NCBI RefSeq assembly: GCF_000020025.1
Contig: NC_010628.1
Coordinates: 3,840,001 to 3,872,000, forward strand
Direction: 5' to 3'
Length of the DNA: 32,000 nucleotides
DNA from: Nostoc punctiforme PCC 73102
GTDB taxonomy: Bacteria > Cyanobacteriota > Cyanobacteriia > Cyanobacteriales > Nostocaceae
Made by a program: the position numbers and the translations under genes. The notes under the pieces were generated by a model. It made no database searches, was not told the DNA's origin, and worked only from the letters and a program-made list of their open reading frames with translations. Every line of letters starts with the position of its first letter. Positions within the stretch are counted from its first letter, which is position 1. Shown here piece after piece: positions 8,393 to 16,144 of this stretch.

Positions 8393-8881
8393 ATGATTTT
8401 ATATAAACTGGATGAATACAATCCTAACTATACCAATGAAATTTTTAATGGTAATGACATTAAAAACTTTGATGTTTACGCTGATGATGCTAGGGTTGGT
8501 TCTGTTGTCAACATATTAGTCGATGAAAATGATGCCCGTTTCCGGTATTTTATCATTGATACAGGCTTTTGGATTTTCGACAAACAAGTTTTGCTCCCGG
8601 TCGGTTTAGCTCGTCTGGACTATGACAACAAACATCTTTTCGTTTCTAAACTGACTAAAGAGCAGGTAAAAAATTTACCCGAATTTAGCGAATCTTTAGC
8701 AATCGATAATGAGTATGAAGAACGAGTTAGAGGAGTTTATCGACCTTTAGTGCCATCAGCGATGTCAGGTATATTAGGTACTCCTGCTTTTTATAATTAC
8801 ACGATGGAGCCTTACTTTTACGAAATGAACGATCCTAACTTCAGAACCTATGAAGAAAATTTGAGAAATAAAAGAAATTAA
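8393..8881 (+). CDS. PRC-barrel domain protein
   Basis: The ATG at 8393 is preceded by AGGAGG. VYADDARVGSVVNILVDENDARFRYFIIDTG...VLLPVG fits the PRC-barrel pattern. The longer ORF from 8243 begins inside a repeat element and lacks an RBS. Confidence 0.7.
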   Translation: MILYKLDEYNPNYTNEIFNGNDIKNFDVYADDARVGSVVNILVDENDARFRYFIIDTGFWIFDKQVLLPVGLARLDYDNKHLFVSKLTKEQVKNLPEFSESLAIDNEYEERVRGVYRPLVPSAMSGILGTPAFYNYTMEPYFYEMNDPNFRTYEENLRNKRN

Positions 8882-9102
8882 AATATAACAAAATTTTGAC
8901 AGTTCTGCTAGTATAGCTGCTTGAATACTTTATAATTAATACATGCCGCTAGTTGTTTTTAGATTGAATTAATTTTCATCAAAAGCAAGCGGCTATTTCT
9001 AATTTATAAATGTATATTTTTGATGTATTGCTATCAAATTGCTGAGATTAATCAAGCTACAAAAATAGTTTCGTTTGTTCAAATTCAAAAGAGAATAACT
9101 TT

Positions 9103-9483
9103 ATGAATACTCGATTAATGCGCTCAATAATTTTACCATTGGGCTTGATTTCTACATTGTTTTTGGGAATGTTACCCTTTAGTTTTGCACCTGCTAAGGC
9201 ACAGACAAATAATGCCTTAGCAGCTAGGTTTTCAAAATACTCTCCCACAAAAGCCCCTTTTCTTGCACCTGGATCTCGTGGACAGGCTGTGAGAGATGTG
9301 CAAGCTGCTCTACAAAGGTTAGGATTTTATAATGGAGCTGTTGATGGTATCTATGGCTCTAGAACCGCTACAGCAGTAGCTACTTTTCAGCGATCGCACA
9401 GAATAGTTGGTGATGGTAGGGTAGGAGCGCTGACGTGGCAAGCTTTACGTAGTAGTATAGCTCCCCGCCGTCGTTCTTTCTAA
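9103..9483 (+). CDS. Secreted peptidoglycan-binding-domain protein
   Basis: Signal peptide ...FAPAKAQ, then GSRGQAVRDVQAALQRLGFYNGAVDGIYGSRTATAVATFQR (PG_binding_1 signature). Confidence 0.8.
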   Translation: MNTRLMRSIILPLGLISTLFLGMLPFSFAPAKAQTNNALAARFSKYSPTKAPFLAPGSRGQAVRDVQAALQRLGFYNGAVDGIYGSRTATAVATFQRSHRIVGDGRVGALTWQALRSSIAPRRRSF

Positions 9484-9620
9484 CTGTAATAGCGATGCAA
9501 ACAACGGCAATTACAGAATTAGTGCAATTTGTGCGATCGCAACTACATAAACATCATTGAGTCAGATGTGCTGATTGTTGTTTTTGCGATCGTTGGCATT
9601 TTTATGATCCTAATGGCAAT

Positions 9621-9775
9621 TCAAAACGCTTTTTGTAGTTCTTTAGATGTGAGAGATTTGATTAAACTTAACGGTAGTGGTTGCTGACTAATTTGACTAA
9701 CATAATCTTTACTCAAATATGGAAGGTAACTTGGCTGTTGGGCAACATAGGTTTCAAAAAAAGGAACACTTAAAG
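9621..9775 (-). pseudogene. Detached 3' end of the DUF1400/alpha-beta-hydrolase gene (see 12273-13806)
   Basis: The minus-frame translation is LSVPFFETYVAQQPSYLPYLSKDYVSQISQQPLPLSLIKSLTSKELQKAF*. It has no start codon. It joins in frame to ...RRYVKALS at 12273-12281 once the IS is removed. Confidence 0.75.
9768..9775. repeat. Target-site duplication ACTTAAAG (left copy)
   Basis: An identical 8-mer lies at 12273-12280. Both copies directly abut the terminal inverted repeats. Confidence 0.8.
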
Positions 9776-9812
9776 GGGTCTTGGCAACTTTTGGTGATCT
9801 AGGTTTGGGGAA

Positions 9813-9847
9813 GGCAGAGGGCAGAAGGCAGAAGTCGGAAGAAGGAA
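9813..9847. repeat. GGCAGAA-type heptamer array (left subterminal)
   Basis: GGCAGAG GGCAGAA GGCAGAA GTCGGAA GAAGGAA. Confidence 0.85.
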
Positions 9848-9856
9848 ATTATAGAT

Positions 9857-10207
9857 TCAAACTTTGAGTTTGTTTAAACTTGCAACTAATATACTTTGCA
9901 TTTCCTCAACTTCATTTAATAGGGGAATAAAAAGGTTTTTATCTGCCAAATCTACTTCTTTAGCAATGATTAATTGTGTATCGAGTTCTCTTAAAGAGCC
10001 TAAAGCAATATGCAAAAACTGTACGTATTCTTGCTTTGAACGTCTTCCATATCCTTCGGCTATGTTGGATGCTACAGATACAAAAGAACGTCGGATTTGA
10101 CTAGTTAAACCATACAATTCTGACTGAGGAAATAGACGGGTAAATTTATAACAATTGATAGCAAGTTGAACCGCTCTTTGCCAGATAAACTGATTTCTAT
10201 AACTCAT
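9857..10207 (-). CDS. Four-helix-bundle protein (23S rRNA intervening-sequence protein / Avd-like family)
   Basis: 116 aa. FIWQRAVQLAINCYKFTRLFPQSELYGLTSQIRRSFVSVASNIAEGYGRRSKQEYVQFLHIALGSLRELDTQL is the classic signature of this family (NIAEG, S..E..T). Confidence 0.85.
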   Translation of the reverse strand: MSYRNQFIWQRAVQLAINCYKFTRLFPQSELYGLTSQIRRSFVSVASNIAEGYGRRSKQEYVQFLHIALGSLRELDTQLIIAKEVDLADKNLFIPLLNEVEEMQSILVASLNKLKV

Positions 10208-10239
10208 ATAATCAAGTGTAAATTGTCAAAATTTTGTCC

Positions 10240-12125
10240 TCAAATAGCCAACAAAAACCGTCGCTCCAGTAAATCTATTTTGGCGCGACCATACATCTGC
10301 CGCTTTAACATTTTCAGTCGATTAATATGCCCTTCAACTGGGCCATTACTAACTGACATAGTTACACCTGCTTTCACAGCATCGTAGTCAGACTCTAAAC
10401 TAACAGCAAAGGAGCGCAACAAAGAAACCGAGCTGTTTTTAGCTTTGTTTAACCAAGCATCGAGCTGCTCGCTCAGACGTTGACGCACAACAGATGCTCT
10501 CCTGTTGAGCTAGTTCAATAGCTGACTTCAAATCAGAATGGGCTGTTTGTAGTTGAGCGATGATTTCACGCTCATTAAGCTGTATTAATTCTGGTCGTCG
10601 CAAGACTAAAGCTGTGACGCGACTGGGAGTGAGAGGACGATGGGAGGAAGAACTAACCCTGGGGGATGCGTTTTTCTTTGAACACTTTGCTGGCTCAAAT
10701 CCGGGCAAGGTCTTGAGATAACGAGTGAAGCGAGCGACCGTGGCATAACCACCGATATAGCCGCAGGTGCGAATTTCTTCAAACAGTTCTTGGGTGTTGT
10801 GGTTCCCGCTATTCCAGCGACTGAGGAGGTAATCTTGATTTGGGTTGAGAAGACTCAGACCGTGGTCGCTACGCTCACGACGTTCGGTAAAAGTTGAGCA
10901 ACGCTTGTAATTGAATACGGTAGTTTTAGAAACTCCCAGGGATTGAGCGATTGCTAGCCCTGATAAGCCAATAGACCGCAGTCTCCAGACTTGCTCATGG
11001 ATTTCCCTCCGTCTATCCCGTGCTTTGGCGGATTGGACTTTTCTTTTTAAAGATGTGTTTTGGGGAAACCTTGGCACAACTGGGCTTTTATTAGCCTCAG
11101 TAATCAGGGAAAGGTTCTCGGGGAAAGGCAGACGGCAGACGGCAGAATGTTAATTTGAGGGTTTTCCTGTGCAGTCAATCCGTCTGTATTCTCTGCCAAA
11201 AAGGGTTTAACATCCCCACACTCGTTTTGAATTTCAGTGGTTTGCAATTGGGTGGGGTATGTATCCCCATCCAATTCCCGAATGCCTTCAATTAGTGCTG
11301 TTTCCACCTCTAAATGCACTTTAGTATCAGTACTAAATACTTGTTTTTCCACAACTTTTACGTACTTTGGCATGAATACCAAAGACTTGATAGAGCGTTT
11401 GAGATAAGTTCTGCAATAAGTGAAAACGGTCTGCAACTTGAATGGCTTCTGGTGCGCCTTGACGAATGCCACTTTCATAAGTTTTTGACCGATCTCGTGA
11501 GACGACTTTGACACCAGGGTGGGCTTTTAACCATTCTGCCAAGGTTTCAGCCAAGGCATCTTTTAGTAGAGCAATTGGTCGGCTGTGTTCCAGGTCAATT
11601 AGTGCTGTGCCGTAAGTTTTACATTTACGTGCATCAAAAGTCGTCTACCCCAAGAGTATGTGGCGTTACGATTGGTGGCAGTGGGATTGAGCGGACTAAA
11701 TTTAACGGTGTGTTGCGAGAAACTTTTATCCCCCATTGCTGTAAGAGTCTTTCCCCTGCTGCACCACCATTAGCTAAACCAATCACACTCAGTCGTTGAG
11801 CTAAACGTAGAGTTTTTCTAGCCCAAGGTGCGGTTACATTGGTCAGCCTTTCTGTAAAAATGCGTCGTTTACACAAACTATTGATGCAAAAAAACTTCCT
11901 TACCCGTAACTGTAAGGTAATGCTGTAATCAGCCCAGGGTAAGTCTACTAATAAGCGTTCATAGCTACTATGAATTTTTTGAGTTGGTTGGTTACAAACT
12001 GGACAGTTAACTACTCTACTGATTGCGGAAACAATCAAATTTATCTGAGTTTTTATCTTGTCAAGTTGGCAATTCTCAAGTCTCAGATTGCTTGAATCTG
12101 GTAATAGGTGAGTTAGCACCGACAT
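10240..12125 (-). pseudogene. ISL3-family transposase, at least 4 frame disruptions
   Basis: The N-terminus carries a zinc finger (CPVCNQ...HSSYER...FFC...C). The DDE region reads LGVDDF|DARKCKTYGTALIDLE...VVSRDRSKTYE...ADRFHLLQNL. The C-terminus SNGPVEGHINRLKMLKRQMYGRAKIDLLERRFL is diagnostic. The pieces lie in different frames, with breaks near 11637, 11350, 11100 and 10500. Confidence 0.85.
11127..11147. repeat. Internal GGCAGAC/GGCAGAA heptamer array inside the transposase region
   Basis: GGCAGAC GGCAGAC GGCAGAA, preceded by AGGTTCTCGGGGAAA. This resembles the left-end AGGTTTGGGGAA that precedes the array at 9813. Confidence 0.7.
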
Positions 12126-12193
12126 AGAACATGAGTAAGGCTTATTCCTCAAATGTTTGATGGAGTGAAGTTTGAAGTATCTCGATTATATCT

Positions 12194-12228
12194 TTCTTCC
12201 TTCTGCCCTCTGCCTTCTGCCATCTGCC
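12194..12228. repeat. GGCAGAA-type heptamer array (right subterminal, inverted)
   Basis: TTCTTCC TTCTGCC CTCTGCC TTCTGCC ATCTGCC, which is the reverse complement of GGCAGAT GGCAGAA GGCAGAG GGCAGAA GGAAGAA. Confidence 0.85.
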
Positions 12229-12272
12229 TTAAGTGCGTAACTTTTCATCATCACCAAAAGCTGACAAGAACG

Positions 12273-12280
12273 ACTTAAAG
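12273..12280. repeat. Target-site duplication ACTTAAAG (right copy)
   Basis: Identical to 9768-9775. Confidence 0.8.
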
Positions 12281-13061
12281 CTTTAACATAACGACGTGCT
12301 AATCCTGGACTAGGGCCGATTGCTTCTGTAGGAACGGGAACGGTTGCATTAGGTGATTCTGCAATAGTAGAAAAGTGTGTTCCACCATTGATGAGGGTTA
12401 AATATTTGTTTGTAGTTGTTAACCAGGTAAAAGGTTGAATTTGTTCTAGTAAAGCCGGAGCAACAGTATCAGAACTACCAGATATAATCATCACTGGAAT
12501 TTTGATTTGGCTGAGGCTAGCTTGACCAAAAATACTGCTATCAACTGGATTAATTGCAATTACTGCTTTTATTCTTGCATCCGATAAGTTGTATTGAGCA
12601 TTGGGTAAATTGACAGCCAAACATTGAAGTAAAAGCGAAATATTTAATGTATCTTTCAAAGCTGGGCAGTCGGTTTTTAATTGTTTAAAATTAATCTTTG
12701 CACTTGCTAAAGCTAACACCGTATATCCACCGAATGATTGACCTAATACACCAATTTGGTCTAAATTCAAACGTCCCTGGAATGTTGGATTAGACTTTGA
12801 TAAACGAGTGAGTTCATCTAGAAGATATTTAATATCTAAAGGTCTGTCAATAAGTTCTCTGGGATTGGTAACTTTATCTGCTGTACCTGCTAATAATGCT
12901 TGCAGTTGTTGTGAATTACTTTCAGGATGTTCTGGAACAGCAACCACAAAACCATAGGATGCGAGATGTTCAGCTAAATACGCAAAACTTGTTCTGTCAG
13001 AACCAAGTCCGTGCGAAATGACAATTATCGGACGAGAAGTTTGAGCAACTGGGAGGTAAAT

Positions 13062-13147
13062 ATCAGCCGGGAATTTTCTGAGACGCGATATGTCATTAAG
13101 AATAATCAGCCGGGAATTTTCTGAGACGCGATATGTCATTAAGAATA
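13062..13147. repeat. Perfect 43-bp tandem duplication (2 copies)
   Basis: ATCAGCCGGGAATTTTCTGAGACGCGATATGTCATTAAGAATA occurs at 13062-13104 and again at 13105-13147 with no mismatch. Confidence 0.95.
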
Positions 13148-13833
13148 ATAGTTTGCTTTAAAAAACGAAAACTTCCGGTTTTTCCTAAATCCATTAATGG
13201 AACAGTTTTAAGTGTAGAAGCTGTAATTATCTTTTGTTGGGATTGTTGGTTAATTAGAGCTACTGCATTTTGAGTTTGATTTACTAAATCTTGTAATGAC
13301 TGTGCTATTGCCAAACTCTGGTCTAAATTAATTGAAATTGCACTCGCTGGAAACTTGCGTAATACATTTAAAAGCGTAAAATCTTTTTGATCTGCGGCTG
13401 ACAAAATTAGTGCCGCACGAATTGCATAAAAGCCTGATAAGTTAGATTCTGTTTGAATAACTTTCCCCAGCCTTTGTAATAATCGTTCACCAATTGGTGT
13501 ATAAAGAAACTGCGAAATTTCTACTTTATTTAAGGGAATGCGAGTTAGTAAAACTTTCTGTAGTTGAGTTAGTTGCTTTTTGTTTACATACTGACTATAT
13601 CCAGCTAACTCATTGTCTATTTTGCCTGTTTTTGCATAGGTTTCGAGCGAATTAATAGGGACAGACCTTTCAAAAAGTCCGTAATTAAACCTTATACGTT
13701 CTGCACCTAAAGCCTGATTTGCAGTTAGTATAGGCAGCAACCCGATACTAAAAATTCTCAAAGCCAATTTCAGCCAAACAGTTTGTTTACTTATAAGATG
13801 AGTCATTACATACTACTTGAGATACTACATTTA

Positions 13834-14673
13834 TTACGTAACGATGAAATTAGCTGATAATAAAATTTGATAAAGATTAACATCATTTTGAACTAAGCAA
13901 GCATGGCCGCTATTAGGTAAAGTTATTATTTGAGAATTAGGAAAAATATTACTTAAACTTTGTGCCTCCGCTTCTGAAGGTAAAAGTCGATCATTTTTAC
14001 TGGCAATTAATAAGACAGGTTGAGTTATTTGAGATAATTTATTCTCGTCAATATCAAATTCTTTCATCAAAGATAGACGCTGATTAGCGGTTTTTTTTGG
14101 TGCAAAACTGGTTGATTTTAAAAGCGCTTGGCTAGCAACAGGTGAAACTCGACTTAAATTAGCTAGAAAAGGCAAAGATAAAAACGAAGAAATTTTATAA
14201 AACAATTGAGGTGTGTAAGGGAACAAAAGCGAACCTAAATTCAACCAAGGTACTCGATGAAATGAAGAAGCAGAATTAATTAAAATAATATTTGTAAATA
14301 GTTGAGGAAATTTTTCTAAAACTTTTAACGCCAAGCAACCACCGAATGATTCTGCACAGAGGTAAACAAGCGATGTCTCACGATAAGCCACTTCTGTAGG
14401 AGACCCTGGGCGAACGTGTCTACGCGGTTCTTTTTCTAGTTCTATCTGGGTTAAAGTTACCAGTTCTTCTGTCATTTCATCCCAAGTTGTTAAATTATCA
14501 GGTGGAATTACAAAACAACGGACATCAAAAGCAGCCTCTAAACCGGCTGTTTGAATGTACATCAAGTCTTTTCCTGTCTCATCCATTCCAGGTAGAAATA
14601 TTAAAAGTGGATAGCTAGGATTAGATGACTGGGGAGTTAAAAAATAAGGATGACTGCGGACTTTAGATAACAT
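13834..14673 (-). CDS. Alpha/beta-fold hydrolase
   Basis: 279 aa. PLLIFLPGMDETG, the nucleophile elbow AESFGG, and a C-terminal LPNSGHA (catalytic His region). Confidence 0.8.
   Translation of the reverse strand: MLSKVRSHPYFLTPQSSNPSYPLLIFLPGMDETGKDLMYIQTAGLEAAFDVRCFVIPPDNLTTWDEMTEELVTLTQIELEKEPRRHVRPGSPTEVAYRETSLVYLCAESFGGCLALKVLEKFPQLFTNIILINSASSFHRVPWLNLGSLLFPYTPQLFYKISSFLSLPFLANLSRVSPVASQALLKSTSFAPKKTANQRLSLMKEFDIDENKLSQITQPVLLIASKNDRLLPSEAEAQSLSNIFPNSQIITLPNSGHACLVQNDVNLYQILLSANFIVT
14369..14425. repeat. 57-bp small-dispersed-repeat-like element inserted in frame in the hydrolase CDS
   Basis: AGCGATGTCTCACGATAAGCCACTTCTGTAGGAGACCCTGGGCGAACGTGTCTACGC shares both ends with the 8127-8254 element. 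Its 57 bp equal 19 codons, translated within ...EPRRHVRPGSPTEVAYRETSLVY... Confidence 0.6.
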
Positions 14674-14748
14674 GGCTAAACTAATATTAGTAACAAAAGT
14701 TGTAATTTCGGTTAAGTAATCAACTAATAGTAATTACGCTTAAACTAA

Positions 14749-16029
14749 CTAGGAAACAGGGCTGATTATTTCTTCATCTTCTTGCATCTTGACATCATCA
14801 CTAGCTAATTGCGAACACTCTCGATCAATTTGAGTTGTTAAACGTAAATTGAGCAGGCTGGCGATCCAAGGGGCTGTCAATCCTTGAAAAAAAACTGTTA
14901 TTATAATTGTCAAAAATACCAAGGCTTTAATTGAATCACCGCCATTGATACCCTGTTTTGTAAGTGAAACTGCAAACAAAGAAGCTAAAGAAGCAGCTAC
15001 AATTCCACGGGGAGCAACCCAAGATAAAAATAACTGCTGTTGCCACTTCAAACCTTCATTCCAGGTAGATATCAAAATATCAACGGGACGCACTATCAGC
15101 ATTAAGACTATAACTGTCAGAACACTACCCCAACCTAAAGCGAAAACACTTGCAATTGATAAGTCTGCTGCTAGCAAAATGAATAAAACCGAGTTAGCTA
15201 AAATGCTCAACTGTTCATTAAACTGACGCAGTAAAGGCTCTGAAGATAGGTTACTGGCTTTTAAAACTATCCCCATAATTACAGCAACAACCAAACCAGA
15301 TTCACTACGCAACACTTGTGCAAAACTAAATAAACCCCAAACACTAGCTAAAACAACTAGATTTTTTAACTCTTGCGACAGAAATCGATCCTGTTTAAGA
15401 ATTTGAGAAAGCAACCAACCTCCGCTTACACCAATAGCTACGCCTATACCCAAACGTAGAACCAAACTCTTAACTAAAATGAGTGGCTCTACATTTACAT
15501 TCAAAACAAAGTGAAGCACGATCGTAGCTAAAATTGCACCAATTGGATCGATAAAAACACCCTCTCCTTCTAAAAGTGTTGAGACTTGTCTTTCTACACC
15601 AATTTGTTTGAGGAGGGGATTAATAACTGTTGGACCTGTCACAACTACCAGAGAGGCATAAAGAAAAGCAATTGGCCAAGGAAATTCACTTAGCCAGTGT
15701 GCAGTTATTCCAGCACCCATTAAGGTAATCAACACTCCCAAAGTGACAAGATTACGAAGACTACTAGAAACCTCTTTTAACTCTCCTAACTGTAGATTTA
15801 AACCACCCTCAAATAAAATTAGTGCCACTGACAGCGAAACCACGACTTCTAAACCAACGCCTAACAGTGATGGATCTAAAAAACCTAAACCATCTCGCCC
15901 CAGAAGAATCCCGAACAGAAGTAGCAAGACAATGCTAGGTATGTGAAAATAACCAGCTAAAACTTGAGCAGCAATACCAGCCACAACTGTTACACTTATC
16001 AAAATCGTAATAGGCAAAGATTCTTCCAT
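14749..16029 (-). CDS. Cation:proton antiporter (CPA1, NhaP-type Na+/H+ exchanger)
   Basis: A polytopic membrane protein of about 426 aa with FEGGLNL and typical Na_H_Exchanger helices. The first ATG is at 16029. The track ORF begins at a TTG at 16074, which overlaps the upstream terminator tail. Confidence 0.85.
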   Translation of the reverse strand: MEESLPITILISVTVVAGIAAQVLAGYFHIPSIVLLLLFGILLGRDGLGFLDPSLLGVGLEVVVSLSVALILFEGGLNLQLGELKEVSSSLRNLVTLGVLITLMGAGITAHWLSEFPWPIAFLYASLVVVTGPTVINPLLKQIGVERQVSTLLEGEGVFIDPIGAILATIVLHFVLNVNVEPLILVKSLVLRLGIGVAIGVSGGWLLSQILKQDRFLSQELKNLVVLASVWGLFSFAQVLRSESGLVVAVIMGIVLKASNLSSEPLLRQFNEQLSILANSVLFILLAADLSIASVFALGWGSVLTVIVLMLIVRPVDILISTWNEGLKWQQQLFLSWVAPRGIVAASLASLFAVSLTKQGINGGDSIKALVFLTIIITVFFQGLTAPWIASLLNLRLTTQIDRECSQLASDDVKMQEDEEIISPVS

Positions 16030-16065
16030 AAAAAATTTAAGTCGTGCTGTACAACCTCCTATAAT

Positions 16066-16106
16066 TAAAAGCAAAAATCATCAGCAAGTAAGGTAACTTG
16101 CTGATG
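16066..16106 (-). terminator. Rho-independent terminator downstream of the ADH gene
   Basis: A perfect 11-bp stem, CATCAGCAAGT (16079-16089) with ACTTGCTGATG (16096-16106), around a 6-nt loop. On the minus strand it is followed by AUUUUUGCUUUU. Confidence 0.65.
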
Positions 16107-16144
16107 TAAACTTTTTAGTTCATAAGATAGTCTTGATAAGGACT

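Larger units (their letters stand above)
9776..12272 (-). mobile_element. ISL3-family insertion sequence (2497 bp) with decayed transposase and a passenger gene
   Basis: The TIRs are GGGTCTTGGCAACTTTTGGTGAT (9776-9798) and the reverse complement of 12250-12272, CGTTCTTGTCAGCTTTTGGTGAT (19 of 23 identical). The element has an 8-bp TSD, inverted subterminal heptamer arrays, and ISL3 transposase motifs internally. Confidence 0.8.
12273..13806 (-). pseudogene. DUF1400 + alpha/beta-hydrolase (dienelactone hydrolase/PAF-acetylhydrolase-like) gene, 5' portion, frameshifted by a 43-bp duplication and cut by the IS
   Basis: The N-terminal half reads AERIRFNYG...SQFLYTPIGERLLQRLGKVIQT...GFYAIRAALILSA...LLNVLRKFP (DUF1400 pattern). 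The C-terminal half reads IIVISHGLGSDR...GQSFGGYT (GxSxG). Track ORFs 13096..13806 and 12186..13139 both contain ILNDISRLRKFPAD. Confidence 0.8.

Noticed and set aside
9857-10207. The Avd-like four-helix-bundle gene as a marker of a diversity-generating retroelement
   Set aside because: The window has no reverse transcriptase ORF. I found no template/variable repeat pair of about 100-150 bp with adenine-specific mismatches.
11104-11799. ORFs 11104..11514, 11333..11554, 11314..11511 and 11575..11799 as independent genes
   Set aside because: The minus-strand ORFs are alternative frames of the broken ISL3 transposase. The plus-strand ORFs are antisense artefacts.
9813-12228. The heptamer arrays (GGCAGAA, CCCCAGT, AATTACG) considered as possible CRISPR arrays
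   Set aside because: The units are 7 bp and contiguous with no spacers. There are no 25-40 bp repeats and no cas genes. They are STRR-like short tandem repeats.
16030-16074. TTG-initiated extension of the antiporter ORF (MLLIIGGCTARLKFF...)
   Set aside because: It has a non-ATG start, overlaps the U-tract of the upstream terminator hairpin (16066-16106), and the added residues are not typical of the family. I prefer the ATG at 16029.
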